The notes beneath the pieces are model-generated. The model saw only the letters and a program-made list of their open reading frames with translations. It made no database searches and was not told where the DNA came from. DNA of 62,063 nucleotides, the filler included, from Rhabdomonas costata (taxonomy: Eukaryota), in NCBI GenBank assembly GCA_019059605.1. It is 22 parts of 22 records of this genome, joined end to end, with 100 filler letters (N's around TTAATTAATTAA, not from the genome) between each part and the next. Parts side by side here need not be neighbours in the genome. Positions count along the whole stretch, not along the records: positions 48,010 to 50,781 come from JAHMHO010002252.1; positions 50,882 to 53,605 come from JAHMHO010002253.1; positions 53,706 to 56,427 come from JAHMHO010002254.1; positions 56,528 to 59,244 come from JAHMHO010002255.1; positions 59,345 to 62,063 come from JAHMHO010002256.1; 17 more parts are not named here. One strand, written 5' to 3'. The translations under genes and the position numbers were made by a program. Shown piece after piece: positions 49,478 to 61,541 of this stretch (position 1 is the first letter of the stretch; every line of letters begins with the position of its first letter).

Positions 49478-50173
49478 CCGCTGACCACACCGGCCCCACG
49501 AACCCCGATTTCTCCCAGTACTCCACGACTACCTCCGCGAAAAGAGCGCGGGCTTCCGGCCCTTCCACAGTGAGCGGTGGTGCACTTCCGCGGATGCAAG
49601 ACATGCCAGTCCTCTCCGTAAAAAAGAGGCCTCTCCGACAGACTTGCCTTGGTATCCCTCCCTCTCTTTTTCTCAGTTAGTAGGTGACGCACTGCCAATG
49701 CCAAGTACCTGCAGTTGTCCTTTCGGCTTTATATTCTGTTACCTTCTGTGAAGGTTGGCCTTCATGACCTTACGTGCAATTGCCTGGCCTTTTGAGAGTA
49801 TCTGTCCCGATGCCCGGAGTATGGTGGTCCTACATTGTCTTCAGTTGTTTTTGGTCTCAGCTCGTTTACGTTGTTTTTCAACGCTTATAGTGCACGACCT
49901 GCAGCCCCGCTGCTCAGCGAACGTCGCTCTGTCCCTGCTGAACCCCAAATGTGTCAATGAGCAGCACCAACCGGTTTTTAGTTTGAGTCTTCGGTTGCTG
50001 TTGTGCACGCAGGCGAGGGTCTCGAGAAGAAGAAGCCACTCCTGGGGCGCAAGTTTGGGTTCTGCCTGGGGCCGCTGTCGGGGTACGTGACCTCTCTCTC
50101 TGCTATGAGGGCCACCGTGGCGGACCTGGGAGGCCAGCTGTTCGACAGAAATCTCTGGGACAATTGCACCATG
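49478..50173 (+). CDS. Two exons (49478-49651, 50013-50173) of a protein with the start of a BRCT-like domain
   Basis: Phase-1 GT-AG join. KPLLGRKFGFCLGPLSG...SLSAMRATVADLGGQLFDRNLWDNCTM resembles BRCT beta1-alpha1-GG-beta2. Confidence 0.55.
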
Positions 50174-50185
50174 GTGTGTGTATGT

Positions 50186-50349
50186 GTGTGTGATATTTCG
50201 CGGTGCCTGACATATTTATACCAGTGTTTACCCTTTGTACCCAACTCAGTGTGTGATATTCCCTCCGCCGTGTCGTAAATACACCAAGCAATCTTCGAGA
50301 ACGAGTGGGCTTAGCCTGAGAAAAAAGAGTGAGTGAGTGAGTGAGTGAG
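50186..50349 (+). repeat. Dispersed repeat family 1, copy B with a (GAGT)n tail
   Basis: Inverted relative to copy A; ends GAGTGGGCTTAGCCTGAG followed by A6 and (GAGT)n. Confidence 0.9.
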
Positions 50350-50487
50350 CCAGCGGTTGGAGACTGGAAAGGGGAAGGGCCGGCTCAACAGAAGTCTCCC
50401 TGGCCAACGCCACCAGAATTGGCCACCCCAATCGCGAGCAAAAATAAGGTTGCTCGAATGATACAGAGCGAAGTGGGTAGCGCTTAT

Positions 50488-50489
<2 letters not shown>

Positions 50490-50546
<57 letters not shown>

Positions 50547-50553
50547 ACACACA
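50490..50553. repeat. (CA)n microsatellite
   Basis: About 60 bp of near-perfect CA repeat. Others: (GT)n ~32743-32770, (GGAA)n ~26130-26165, (GCAC)n ~45008-45031. Confidence 0.95.
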
Positions 50554-53500
50554 GACATCAGGGGGTTGGCCGAGTGAGTGGGGAAAGGTATCAGCGAAAC
50601 CTACGAACCCTAAGAGCGCCTGTGGACACGCTGAAATGGCATTCCCACCAAAGTAAAAATTGCCGTGCGAGTGTGTAAAGGTGGTCGCCAGGTAATGTTC
50701 CGTGCAGCGATGGGAAGAAGCGACAATGAACATGAGGTTTCCAGATGGGGAATGGGTGCACCAATTTCCGGCTACCACCATNNNNNNNNNNNNNNNNNNN
50801 NNNNNNNNNNNNNNNNNNNNNNNNNTTAATTAATTAANNNNNNNNNNNNNNNNNNNNNNNNNNNNNNNNNNNNNNNNNNNNGTGGTGGGTGTGTTTGGTG
50901 GGGGGGGTGTACAAAGAGCGCTTGCGCACGCGCGTGGTTGTAATGACAAATGCAAATAATAAGAAGACAGCAAAACAGGGCTCACACAACAGTTGCACTG
51001 GGAAGGAATAAAAAAGACTCAAAATGCGCTGACACCAGACAAAGGATACCACTCTGGTCCCTGTTTGAACTGATATTGGAGATAAGAATTAGAAATGGAA
51101 CACGTCCTTGGTGTGGAAATATTGACCGAAGACAAATCATTCTGGAAAAGATCGGTGTACACGTCACACTATCAAGCTGAGTGGCTTTGCTTGGTGGCAA
51201 AAACTGGCTCATTTTTTCTTGCAATCAGGCAGGACTCTTGGACAAACTGCAAGGAGGTTTGACGCGGAAGGTGAGGCAATCACTGGAAACTCGAAACCGA
51301 ATTCAAGGATCGATTAAAGACTCGTACAACCCCATTCAGCAAGATGCTCCCACCTTCCCACCTTTCCACCTGATTCTTACAGCTCCTTTTCAAGTCACAT
51401 GAGCTACTATCACAAACGTTTCAGGCGCCCAGGAGCGATGTTTTGCTTACGTGTTCTAACTATTGGAATGCTTCTTCCGGCATCAAGCTGCCCAAAGCCC
51501 AGGCTGCCGAGCATGATCACCTGATCACATAACAATCCTGGCTTCGACAAATGATGTCGAACAAGCTCGTCAGCCAAAGGGCGCAACACAACCTCGACAC
51601 AAGCAATGCATGAACAACGGCCGAAAGGGGCGAGTGCGGCAGTGGGGAAGTGACGGGGGATGGAATAGAGAAGCATGACAGATCTGACGGTGGGGCGCCA
51701 ATAGCGCGACACGCAACCAGTGTACATCGCAAAAGCCCAGAAAGCTCGGGCTCCCTGGGCAACCGGCAACCGCAAAGTCCTGATAGAATAAGATAAAGAG
51801 AGAAAGAGAGAGAAACGACTGTAGGGGGGAGGGGGAAGCACTGGTAACCTTAACAACGAGAGATCACCAATGGGATAACGGCCAACCGACCGTTTCGCAA
51901 TTTTCCCCTAATGACCCTTTGCAATGTGAGACTTCAGATGCACACTCACCCCTCCATCGCACCGGACCCGACGTACTCTTGATGAAGGGTTCACTATGGC
52001 AGCGGAAGAAAAACAGTCGTTCACAGTCCAATGGCCACCCAGGACAGAAGCAACGTGAGAGAAAAATTGTATTAGGGGGGGGGCGTGAAAAGTTCAGGTC
52101 AGAACGTAAGGGATAAGCAGTGTTAAACGTTTAGCAATGCGAAACGTCGGAACCAGACACATTTTGGATGTTATTTTTTTTTGAATATGGGGTTAGATAA
52201 ACTGTACCAACTACTTCTAAATGCGTTCGTTTTAGCAAAGTGAAAATGGGGTGAGGTATGCAGCTTTTCTTCCCCCCTAGACATAATTTTTTAGGGGGGT
52301 TAGGAATTTATAACCGTTTGGCAGTGGTGACGTTTAAGGTGACCTCTCCCCCCCCCTCCCCACACATACAAAAAACACTAACGCAGATCCGAAAAGTTGT
52401 GGGAAGGAAGCGAGGAAAAATGGTGTATGCCGGCGGCTGGAAGATTTCCTCTCTGTGGATCCGAAAGACGAGTTTCTCGTAAGTCGTGAATGCTGTGGGC
52501 GGAAGGGAAAAGAAAGAGAGAGCGAACGGCTTCACTTCCGACATTGCACGGTGAAACGTCACACCCCGACCCCCACATAAACGGACCTCATGGGAAGTAC
52601 AGCGGATCGGCACTTCCTCTCGAGGTTGCTCACAACACCCGAGAGCACTCCTCGAACCCCTCCACCAGCTGCTGCACCCGCAAGGGTGCCGATACCCCTC
52701 CCACGTCCACGCCACTGCCCACCAGCGATCCTAAAAGAAGCCCTGTGGCGGGCTCTCTCTTCCGCAGGGCCCCGCGCTCCTCGGCCTCCGCACGTCCCTT
52801 CCACCGCGGCGCAGCTTGGCAGGACGCACTGAAGTCCTGCACGATCTTCTCTCGGCTGGCGGGTGCCCCGCTGCGGGCAGCGGGGCGCCCCTTGGCCGCC
52901 GCGACACCCCATTCCAGTGCCAGCAATACACCCTCACACAGCTTGCAACGAAGTAGGACCCACTTCTTAGAAGTAGATTATGAACAACAAAGCAAATGTT
53001 TTTTTTTTGGTGAGAGCAACATCGGCAACATACGACCAAAGACGTGTTGAGGCAAAACCTCAACTCGTCCCAGGCTGTGACATTCTCAGTTCATCCCCTG
53101 ACGTCCACCAGTGTTGAGGCTCAAGTCAGCTCTCCCAGGGAGCTCTCTGGACCTCCCTTGTCCTCGACCTCCTCTGGCCCCCTTGGCGGGGGCCCCGCTC
53201 TGCCGCTCTGCAAATGTTTTCGGTTTTACTTCGGTTCGTCTGTTGCCTGTTTCGAGCTTCACGATTAATCGTATGTGCATTTACCCATTCACCACCGGCA
53301 TTGTTGGTGACAGCAATCACAGGCAGGGCTGCGAAATTCGCACAATGGTAATGGGTGCGAAGTTCGAACGCTAAAAGAAAACTAAGCAAGTTGCCCCACG
53401 ATGTAGAAACTGTCGGGCAGGTGTCTGAACTCTAACAGGTGACTTCCTCACTCCTTCTGACCCGGGGTACCACAAGGTTGGTCATTCGTTCCACCTTCTT

Positions 53501-53761
53501 CTTCACGTTTTTCGAAAAATTTTCTTAGAGTGTTTTATGCTCCATTTTTACGATTCTTTTTTCGATTGTAAGAGGTGGCGAACCCTGGGTACAGCCCCCC
53601 CCACCNNNNNNNNNNNNNNNNNNNNNNNNNNNNNNNNNNNNNNNNNNNNTTAATTAATTAANNNNNNNNNNNNNNNNNNNNNNNNNNNNNNNNNNNNNNN
53701 NNNNNTGTGGTGGGTGTGTGTGGGTGTGGTTGGAAGTTAGGATGGAGGAGGGTGGCCGAAC

Positions 53762-56023
53762 CGTGTCGGAGCCGTGGTCCGAGAGCTCCGCCTCGGGGGC
53801 CTTGACAGGGAACTCCCCGTCAACGTCCACCCGGCTGCCGGGAACCCACTCGTCCAGACGGCGGTCCACTGCAAAATGGAGAAAAGGTGCCCACGCAGAA
53901 GGAATTGCGTAAAGAAAAAGAAGGGGGTGAATCACTTCGGTACGGAAGAACAACCTGGCATGGTGCTGCAAGAAGACGCAGCTGCAGTCACCCACTAAGT
54001 TGGGTGTAAAGGATAAACACGGGTACGGATACTATCAGGCACCGAAGTTGGCTCGAATCCATATCACGGTCAAACACGCTGGTCTCGATTAGGCGTTAAG
54101 ATGAAGGCAACCCTGGCCCCACCCACTACGGTCACCACACAAACTTTGTACATTTGGCTACGGTGAACTTTTTCTTGGGAAATTCGAGATCCACTTCTCC
54201 CCGATGAGACATGGGCCCATCGGGCCTTGTCGGTCCACGGTGCCTTGTGCCTCTCTCTTGTCACATACGGTCACACAGACACGCACGTGAAAAAGCATCA
54301 TATATCCCAGAAAAAGGTTCCTGAACTTTGGACCTTCGAATGCGCAAGGAGCATTTATGTGGGAGACTTTCCGACTGCTCTTAATCCAGCTGTAAGTCCA
54401 ACTAGTGGTCTTCTGCAACACTGTTCACTTTCAAGGTGCACGCGCAATGCATTCCGAGCAATAACAAAAACATCAATGCGATGGCCAGCTTGGGGTGTGG
54501 TGCCACGAACGGGATGCACCCGCACACACGATTCAGGGAGGGGGGTGAGGGCGGTGTGAATCCGCCACCTCCTTCAGCTGTGTAGGTTTATGGCTGGCAA
54601 AAATGATGTCCCTCGCACAAAAGCGGTGGAAGCACGTGATCGTTTGCGCAGACAGCGCTGGCTGCTGGTAAACCGTGATCACTATTTACTGAAGGGCACA
54701 CGACTTGTTGGCGACAGGACTGCTAACGGGAGGAACACTCGGTTCACTGCCGTGCGTTTCAGGTGCGGTAACCCCCATCTACCACGGGTCTACCGCCTTT
54801 GTCCCGCGACGTTTTCCTTTGTCAGACGCTCTCGCCGACCAAAGTACCCTTTATTCGGGGATGGTAAACAGCTTAATGTTATCACAGCGCAATGAAAAAC
54901 CGCGGTGGGCTCGGGCCTGTGTGGTCTGCTAACAGTGCAGGGCAAAATGGGGCACATCCCGAGGAGACAAAGAGAGATATCATACGGTCGGTGTAGTGGA
55001 CATAAAATGAGGGCTCCCCAGTGGGCTCCACCCTCTTGTCGATGATCTCTGCATCATCTGTGTGGAACGGGAGAAGCAAAACACGAACCTAAGCTGAACG
55101 AACGCTCGCAGGACTGAGAAAAAGTAGCCTCCAAAACAAAACCCCCCACAAATGAGTCCATTCAGAAGGCCATTCAACACGAGAAGAAATGCTTTTACAT
55201 AACCAGAGGTGCGACCGTCAATCTAACAATGCTTCATACCGACACTCCTTGATAACCTCAGAGTCTCACAGTTTTGGACACAGTCTCATAAGCTTTGGAT
55301 AAAAGTGGTTTTACTGCAAGTTGGGTGATGGGAACAGTGTGAAACAGTATATAAATTTTTAACTTACAGTGTCGTCGTACAGCGCCACGTCGTTCGCAAA
55401 CAGCAGGATACGTGCTTCCAATGAACGCAAGGCGACTTCTTTCACCGAAGTTAACCGCCTTCATTCCATCGTCAACTGTATGCATGCAACGACAATCATG
55501 AGGGCTTTTTAGCGGCGTGAAGGTTGGTTTTTTCAGGTTTACGTGATGGGTCTGCTTTTGCACTGTACCCAGCTCATTTCACACGATACCCAATGTATTT
55601 ATACGATGTCCCACCACGTTGCCCGTTATTTCTGACGATGCCAAGCTTTGAATAAAGTCTTATTCCAAGGAGGTAAGACATCGATAGTTGTGCATGGATG
55701 CACACTTATCGTGCTCCGCATCTCCGCACTCGACAACACCTATAAATACCTGTGAAAATGAGTAACCCTTGTGATCCCCTGAAGAGTTTTCTCGCATAGA
55801 AGGCTTGCCAATAAACCGACACACACACATCACAGCCCACACGATTCCTAACGCACAACCAAGACGTAAGCATAACACACACACACATTCGCGAACACAC
55901 ACAATAGAAGCCATCTCGCCAGCAGCAGGAGATGTGCTCGCCGATTTGCTTCCGGTCAAGCTTCACTCGCCGTTCCTCCACTGGGCTCAACGGCTTCACC
56001 GTATTCAACTTCACCACATACAT
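53762..56023 (-). CDS. MYST-family (Esa1/Tip60/MOF-like) N-terminal Tudor-knot chromodomain (exons 56023-55903, 55057-54986, 53868-53762)
   Basis: Phase-1 joins give QIGEHISCCWRDGFY(Y)DAEIIDKR...SFYVHYTD(L)DRRLDEWV, the Tudor-knot consensus. The HAT domain is not in this contig. Confidence 0.85.
53994..54050 (-). repeat. Dispersed repeat family 1, partial copy C inside a MYST intron
   Basis: CTAAGTTGGGTGTAAAGGATAAACACGGGTACGGATACTATCAGGCACCGAAGTTG aligns with ~48912-48967. Confidence 0.75.
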
Positions 56024-57120
56024 TCTCGAACCCCAGAAACACACAAAAAAACCCAGCGGGGGTCAATGCCCTGCAAGCTCACCAAGGGTTGCACATTTTT
56101 CTATTTGAAGACCGCATCCGAGAATCAAAGTGAAAACATCCAGAATGCTCTCAGCAACCCGTGCTGTAGTGAAACAAAATTGATGGGCAGTACTCAAGAA
56201 CTACAGCAATTCAACACACCAAAAAAGCAAGCACGGAACGATCTCTGAGGAGTCCGAAGACGCCATATTTCCGTTGCGGTCGTTTATCTATTCGGGCTCA
56301 TGGCATATTTTCCGGAGGATGCACCGTGTGGGAAGCACTGGTTGCGAGGTTTGCCCAAGCCCTGCAGGGAGGCAGGGTCGAAAAATCTTACTTACCTGAA
56401 ACTCCTGAAACTCAACCCCCCCCACCCNNNNNNNNNNNNNNNNNNNNNNNNNNNNNNNNNNNNNNNNNNNNTTAATTAATTAANNNNNNNNNNNNNNNNN
56501 NNNNNNNNNNNNNNNNNNNNNNNNNNNGGACCTGCCCGCGGAGAGGGAGCCACCTCCAGAAGACATCCACGTCACCTTCGCGGAGCCGGACCTCTCCGCC
56601 GAGGTCAGCGAGGAGGAGGGCGCGGACGCCCCCGCCTCTCCCTCCGTAAAGGGCTCCGAGGCCTCCGCTGGCCCAGGCCCCTCCCTGTGCCGCACTTTGG
56701 CCACAGAGGCCCTCACGGAGCGGTACCCCACTCTCAGCGCCTGTATTTCCACCACACTGTTGGAATTGGCAGCTTATTTCTATGCATGGTATTTGGGCAG
56801 GGCTGGAGAGGAGGCGATGTACGACCTGACGATCTGAAACCTTCTCACGAGTGATTGCTTGTTTGCCTCATACGGGCACATTTTCTCAAACCGTCCAGGG
56901 ACATGGTGGATCATAGCAACGGGGAGTTGAGAAAGCTGAATACATGGGGAAAGTATGGGAAGTTGAAGGATCTTAAGGTATTCCTATGCCAAGATAGAGA
57001 CTCTGGGCTCCAGCTCGTGCATTGTGCATCCAAGTGTTGCAGCTGTGTCAGTTCCTTCCCCGTGGATCTCTTGTGGGTTGTCCCAGCTCCCTCGCAGTCA
57101 CCGAGAAGATTCTGAAGCAG

Positions 57121-59117
57121 AACTACCTGCTGCTTATCTTGAAGGGCGCTGCCGGGCTGTACGGGAACTGGCTGTTCTGGGTCGGTGCGTGGGACTTGTT
57201 CACGGAAGAAAGCCAGTGGGGGGGCTTCATCGCCTCCGTGCTGGACTGCCGCGGGGCCTTGGGGCACCTCAAGGTGGTCAGTGTGGCCGGCCACCTGGCC
57301 TGGGCCGCAGCGGGGGTGGCACTGCTGCTGCTTTCGGACACCTTTTACGCCTCGGCAAACCTTCCCGGAGGGCTGTGGCCGCAGTGGATGATGGGCACGG
57401 CCAACCTGATGATCGTGTTCTTCCGGTGCGTGGTTTCGCTGACAGGTCTGTGCCAGGAAGAGCGGCATACTGAAAGTGAGAATGTGTGGATGCAGAGTTT
57501 TTCGAAGCTCAATGTTTCCATGCGGTCGTCAGCATTTTTTCAGTTTCTGTCTGTGAGCTTCTTGGGATTGTGGTTGGGTTGTCGTGCAACAATTTATTCG
57601 TTGTACATGCCCAATGCGCCGTCCACACCCCAAAATATTTCATCATCAAAAACCCGAAATCGAGCCCCCTCCCCCTGGTATACTGAAGCCCCGATTGAAG
57701 CAATTTTGATTGTCCAGGGTGGGAATCGGAACGCTGGCTGAAAACTGTTTCGCACACAGAGCTGCGCAGGTAGCTTGTTGTTCAGATGTTGGCCTTTGTT
57801 AGAAAATAGAAGCGGTGAGAATGGCCATTGTATAATCGATTTCGTACCCGCTCGTTAGCCCTATATTGCACGGTCTGGCTTTCAGGGCAGGTGCTGCTGG
57901 AGACAGGGTTTTACAACTTCATTGACCTGGACATGTTCCCCAACGGCTCCGTATCGTTTGTACGGCAGCTTTTCAACGATTACGTGGGATGCATTGTGTT
58001 TGGGTATCGGCCGCTCGCTCCGCTTTGCGATACTCCTCTCTGAAAAAAGGAGTTACCAAGTCGTTCCAAGTGTGTTAAGTTCAGTTTCCTGTATATTAGA
58101 TATGATCCCCTCCTGTTGTTTTGTCGGGATGGGTCCGCAGAATCTAGCGCCCACCTCATCACTTGTACTTTATTCTGTTTGTTGGTGGCCTCATTTGATC
58201 GAATAGAAGTTTTACGTTAGTGAACAAGAATCACGCAATAACGGAAATTCGTGGGCCCAAAAGGTGGAAATTAGCGAGCGAGAAGCATGAAGAGTGTAAG
58301 AAAAAGCGCAACGGAAAACAGGCGTTCAAGTGTTTGAGGGGTAACCGGCTTTTTTTTGAAGGGAACCATTCTGCTGGGCTCACAAGAGGAGCGAGCAGTA
58401 CTTGTGGTTGGCAAATCATGGAAAAATCGATTTTTAGATTCATTCTGATCCTGGCGACGGATACGTTTGCCAATGTGGCGATGATTTACCCCAAGGACTG
58501 CGTCCACGATCCTTCCCGCGATCCGACATCTGCGGACAGCTTTGGCCAGCACCTTCGATACGGGTCTGCGCGTGGACGATGATGCTCGCGTCGGAAAGCA
58601 TTGCCCTTTGGCACAAGTTGTAGAGCTTCGATAGGTGCATTTTCCTTCACCGTAACAGGACCTCGGAATGGCGAGCAATTATTGGACAGCAAATATTTTT
58701 CTCTTTTGTGCGTAGGGAAAAGAAGCAAGTGCCATGCAGTGCGCATATCTCGCAGGGTCAGTATATCAGCAAAGCGCTCAACGAAGAATCGCGTGGGGTA
58801 GTCACACAGGGTGCCCTTGGATATTGTCCTATTGAGCAAAATTTTTGGGGTATGGGTCAGGTCATTATTCTGGTTTCGAGGAACAATACAATGGACACCC
58901 TCACTCATTCTGCCGCAGAGGTAGAGCCCTGATCTGCGACTTCGGGATGCAGCTATTGTGGGTGGGGTACTTCCGATTCTGTGAAAACTACTTCTTCCCC
59001 TCGGACTACTGGAGAGAGTTCGTGTGGCTGTTCTCAGGTTTTGCTTTCGTCTTTTCCGTTTTGGGCAGCCCGGAGCTGGCCGACCCGTTCGTTCAAACGA
59101 TTGAGATGCTTCTGTAA
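57121..59117 (+). CDS. Multi-pass membrane protein with internal repeats, Fuseless-like (exons 57121-57445, 57886-58003, 58438-58563, 58919-59117; probable upstream exon from 56528)
   Basis: Three phase-consistent GT-AG introns. Repeated units WVGAWDLF...LLLSDTF / ETGFYNF...ILATDTF / WVGYFRF...FPSDYWRE. Confidence 0.65.
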
Positions 59118-59636
59118 CTTTCTGCTGAGCCGGTTCCTGACAATCGTAAGCTGCGCTCCTTTTTTATATACCAAATGGCTGATTTCAAGAATACAGCCGA
59201 AAAAGGGGCGCGGAGCCCCAAAAGAGCACTGTGTACAAAACCCCNNNNNNNNNNNNNNNNNNNNNNNNNNNNNNNNNNNNNNNNNNNNTTAATTAATTAA
59301 NNNNNNNNNNNNNNNNNNNNNNNNNNNNNNNNNNNNNNNNNNNNCGCGCCTGTCGAGACTTTCAATTTTTTCGGGGATGTAACCGCGACTTTCGTGTGCG
59401 TGAGAAAGCCCATATGTGCACCTCCCCGCTTTCCCACTCCGCCTCCGGATGTTGAGCTAAGTACACGGGTACGCAGAAATCCCGCTCATTATCCCAGGGA
59501 ACTGTCGAAATTGATCACCTGACGTGACGTTGAAAAGAAAACAAGCGTTCTAAGCGACAGAATTTGGTGGGCAGTGAAGGTGGCAAAGAAGGTTTGCCCC
59601 TAAATGTGGGAAATGTACGTGTGCGATCCCCTGCAG

Positions 59637-59803
59637 ATCCGGGCGTCCGGCACGGTGCGAGGGTGTGACTTGACTGGGAGTGGGGTCCGAGCCGTGGTGC
59701 AGATCTCTGATGGCGCCGCTGGGCTGCTCGCGGACAACCGAATCCATGACGGCTCCCCGCGTGCAGTGGGGTTGCTGCTCACAGAAGGCTGCACCTCGGA
59801 GGA
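59637..59803 (+). CDS. Probable exon with parallel beta-helix-like repeats
   Basis: CTGCAG acceptor; IRASGTVRGCDLTGSGVRAVVQISDGAAGLLADNRIHDG...VGLLL; GTGCGC donor. Confidence 0.5.
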
Positions 59804-60349
59804 GTGCGCACTTTTCTAGTATTTTCTTTTTTCTTTGAGTTTTATGTTTCTACCTTGGCGAATCTTGCAGCAAAAGCTTGTGAGAACCTGCTGTTAATCA
59901 GTTGTTGACTGCCGGGCTTGTCTTTTTTCTTCCTGTACGTGCTACCACAGAAAGTGCTTTCGTACAGTTCTTTCTCTTATCGCTGTTCTGGGGGTTCTAC
60001 CAGGTGGGCCTATCTAGCCTCTTCAGCCGACCTCCGGAACCTCACCAATTGTCGGGGGCCTCATCGGAAATGGGGGGGGGGGCACACCCTTTTTGCTGGA
60101 TGACATCCGCCATGGACACTCCCGGACGGCAGAACTAACATTGACCTCAGAACTCGAGCTGGAGTGACGGGTTGGGGCTCATATTTGGTGGTATGGTAGT
60201 ACTCCTGAGATGAGTTGGGTTGGCCGCTTCCCGGCCTGGGACTCCTTGTGTATTTGTGTACGCCGAGATATGAACCCTTCAAGGTCCCATTTTGGCCCCT
60301 TTCACGGCATTTTCGACTTCGAAAGATTTCAAGGGCCTGTGGGGTGCAC

Positions 60350-60490
60350 TTTTGGGGCCTTTGCAGGCTTGCATACTGAGCGTAAGCTTTCGGCCGGGCC
60401 TGCTTAGCGTACTTGAGGGTATAGCCCAGGAGTACTTCCTGCTGGGACCGGAGTGGGCCGGATTGCTTCAGTTTAGAGCCACGGTAGAGG
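60350..60490 (-). repeat. Dispersed repeat family 2, second copy
   Basis: Reverse-complement similarity to 29911-30062, with the two blocks in permuted order. Confidence 0.8.
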
Positions 60491-61421
60491 CCGTTTAAGG
60501 GCCGTTTTGGGTGTTTGGTTGAGGAAAGAACCCAATGAGTGACAGAGTTTAAAAAAGGAAAGCCAAATACAAAACAGTCAGGACTCACCGATAACTTACG
60601 GATGGCCAGTGCACGGCAATGCAGGGAGGAAAGCAGTTAAATCACAATGAAGGAAGGAATTTTGGCGTTGTAAGTCTGATGACTGGTGTGCATCACCCCA
60701 ACTGTGGAAAGGTACTTCCAACCGACCACCCAATTGACTATGTGTTTTTTTTTTTCACTTTTTCAGCGAGTTCTTTGGCTCAGGGGTGAATTGTAAAGAA
60801 TTCGAGAGATTGTAAGAACCGTGTAATTTGGTGGGCAACAGGAGGTGGAGAGCCATTTGCCTGGGCCCCCTTTCGCGGGTATGGAGGCAGGTGGGTTTTT
60901 GTGCTTACGTTGTGGGTGCCGTCGATAACCCCTCTGCTGCGCAAAGGAAAATAATGAGGAATCCTGCTTCAGCTTGGAGTCATCATTCTGATTTCTGCTT
61001 CTCTCCACCTTTTCCGGGGAGACCTTTGGTTTTGCGCTTGCTTTACTCGGGCTTGGGTTTTGATAAGAGAAAGAGTTTGCTGGCACACCGTCCATCCACC
61101 TGCACGCCGTTTTGCCAGCAGTGATATTTGTGTATGCGTTTGGCGTTGTTGAAGCTCAGGAACAAACCGACACACCAGTCCCCCAAGTCAAACGGAATAA
61201 TGCTGAGTTGCTCCAAATGCACGCATTGACAGAGGCACTCGCGTTTCTGCGTGCATACGAATCGCTCATCGCACTCTTTTCTTGTTTCATCAGGAACAAA
61301 ACTTGTAACCAGAAAAAGTTTCCTTGCCAAGCTAATTCGCTTTGATAATGATATGAATATTGACCCTCTTGAGCGTGTGGGGTTTTCAGTGATGTTGTAT
61401 TGTTTTCTTGTCACTCCTCAG

Positions 61422-61541
61422 TTCACAGACATCCAGGACAGCACTCGGCTTTGGAACACCTATGGGGAGGATTTTGAGGATTCGCTGGACCTGCACAACG
61501 AAGTGATGAGGCACAACATCAACCAATTTCGCGGGTTTGAG
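61422..61541 (+). CDS. Class III adenylate/guanylate cyclase catalytic-domain exon
   Basis: FTDIQDSTRLWNTYGEDFEDSLDLHNEVMRHNINQFRGFE, the FTDIxxSTxLW...H...R...GyEVKTxGD type seen in trypanosomatid and fungal cyclases. 120 bp, flanked by AG and GT. Confidence 0.9.

Noticed and set aside
55368-55444. Alternative first exon for the MYST gene (MKAVNFGERSRLAFIGSTYPAV..., GTAAGT donor, compatible phase)
   Set aside because: Exon 56023-55903 (IGEHISCCWRDGFY) matches the Tudor-knot consensus much better. This one cannot be supported without RNA data.
56389-56398. TACTTACCTG, like the 5' end of U1 snRNA
   Set aside because: No U1 stem-loops follow. It is more simply a minus-strand CAG|GTAAGTA donor near the contig end.
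2728-59344. Regularly spaced identical TTAATTAATTAA motif every ~2.82 kb, superficially an array
   Set aside because: It is embedded in fixed N44 runs and has stops in all frames, so it is an artificial linker. The spacing reflects size-sorted contigs. ORFs ending in XXX-LIN are artefacts.
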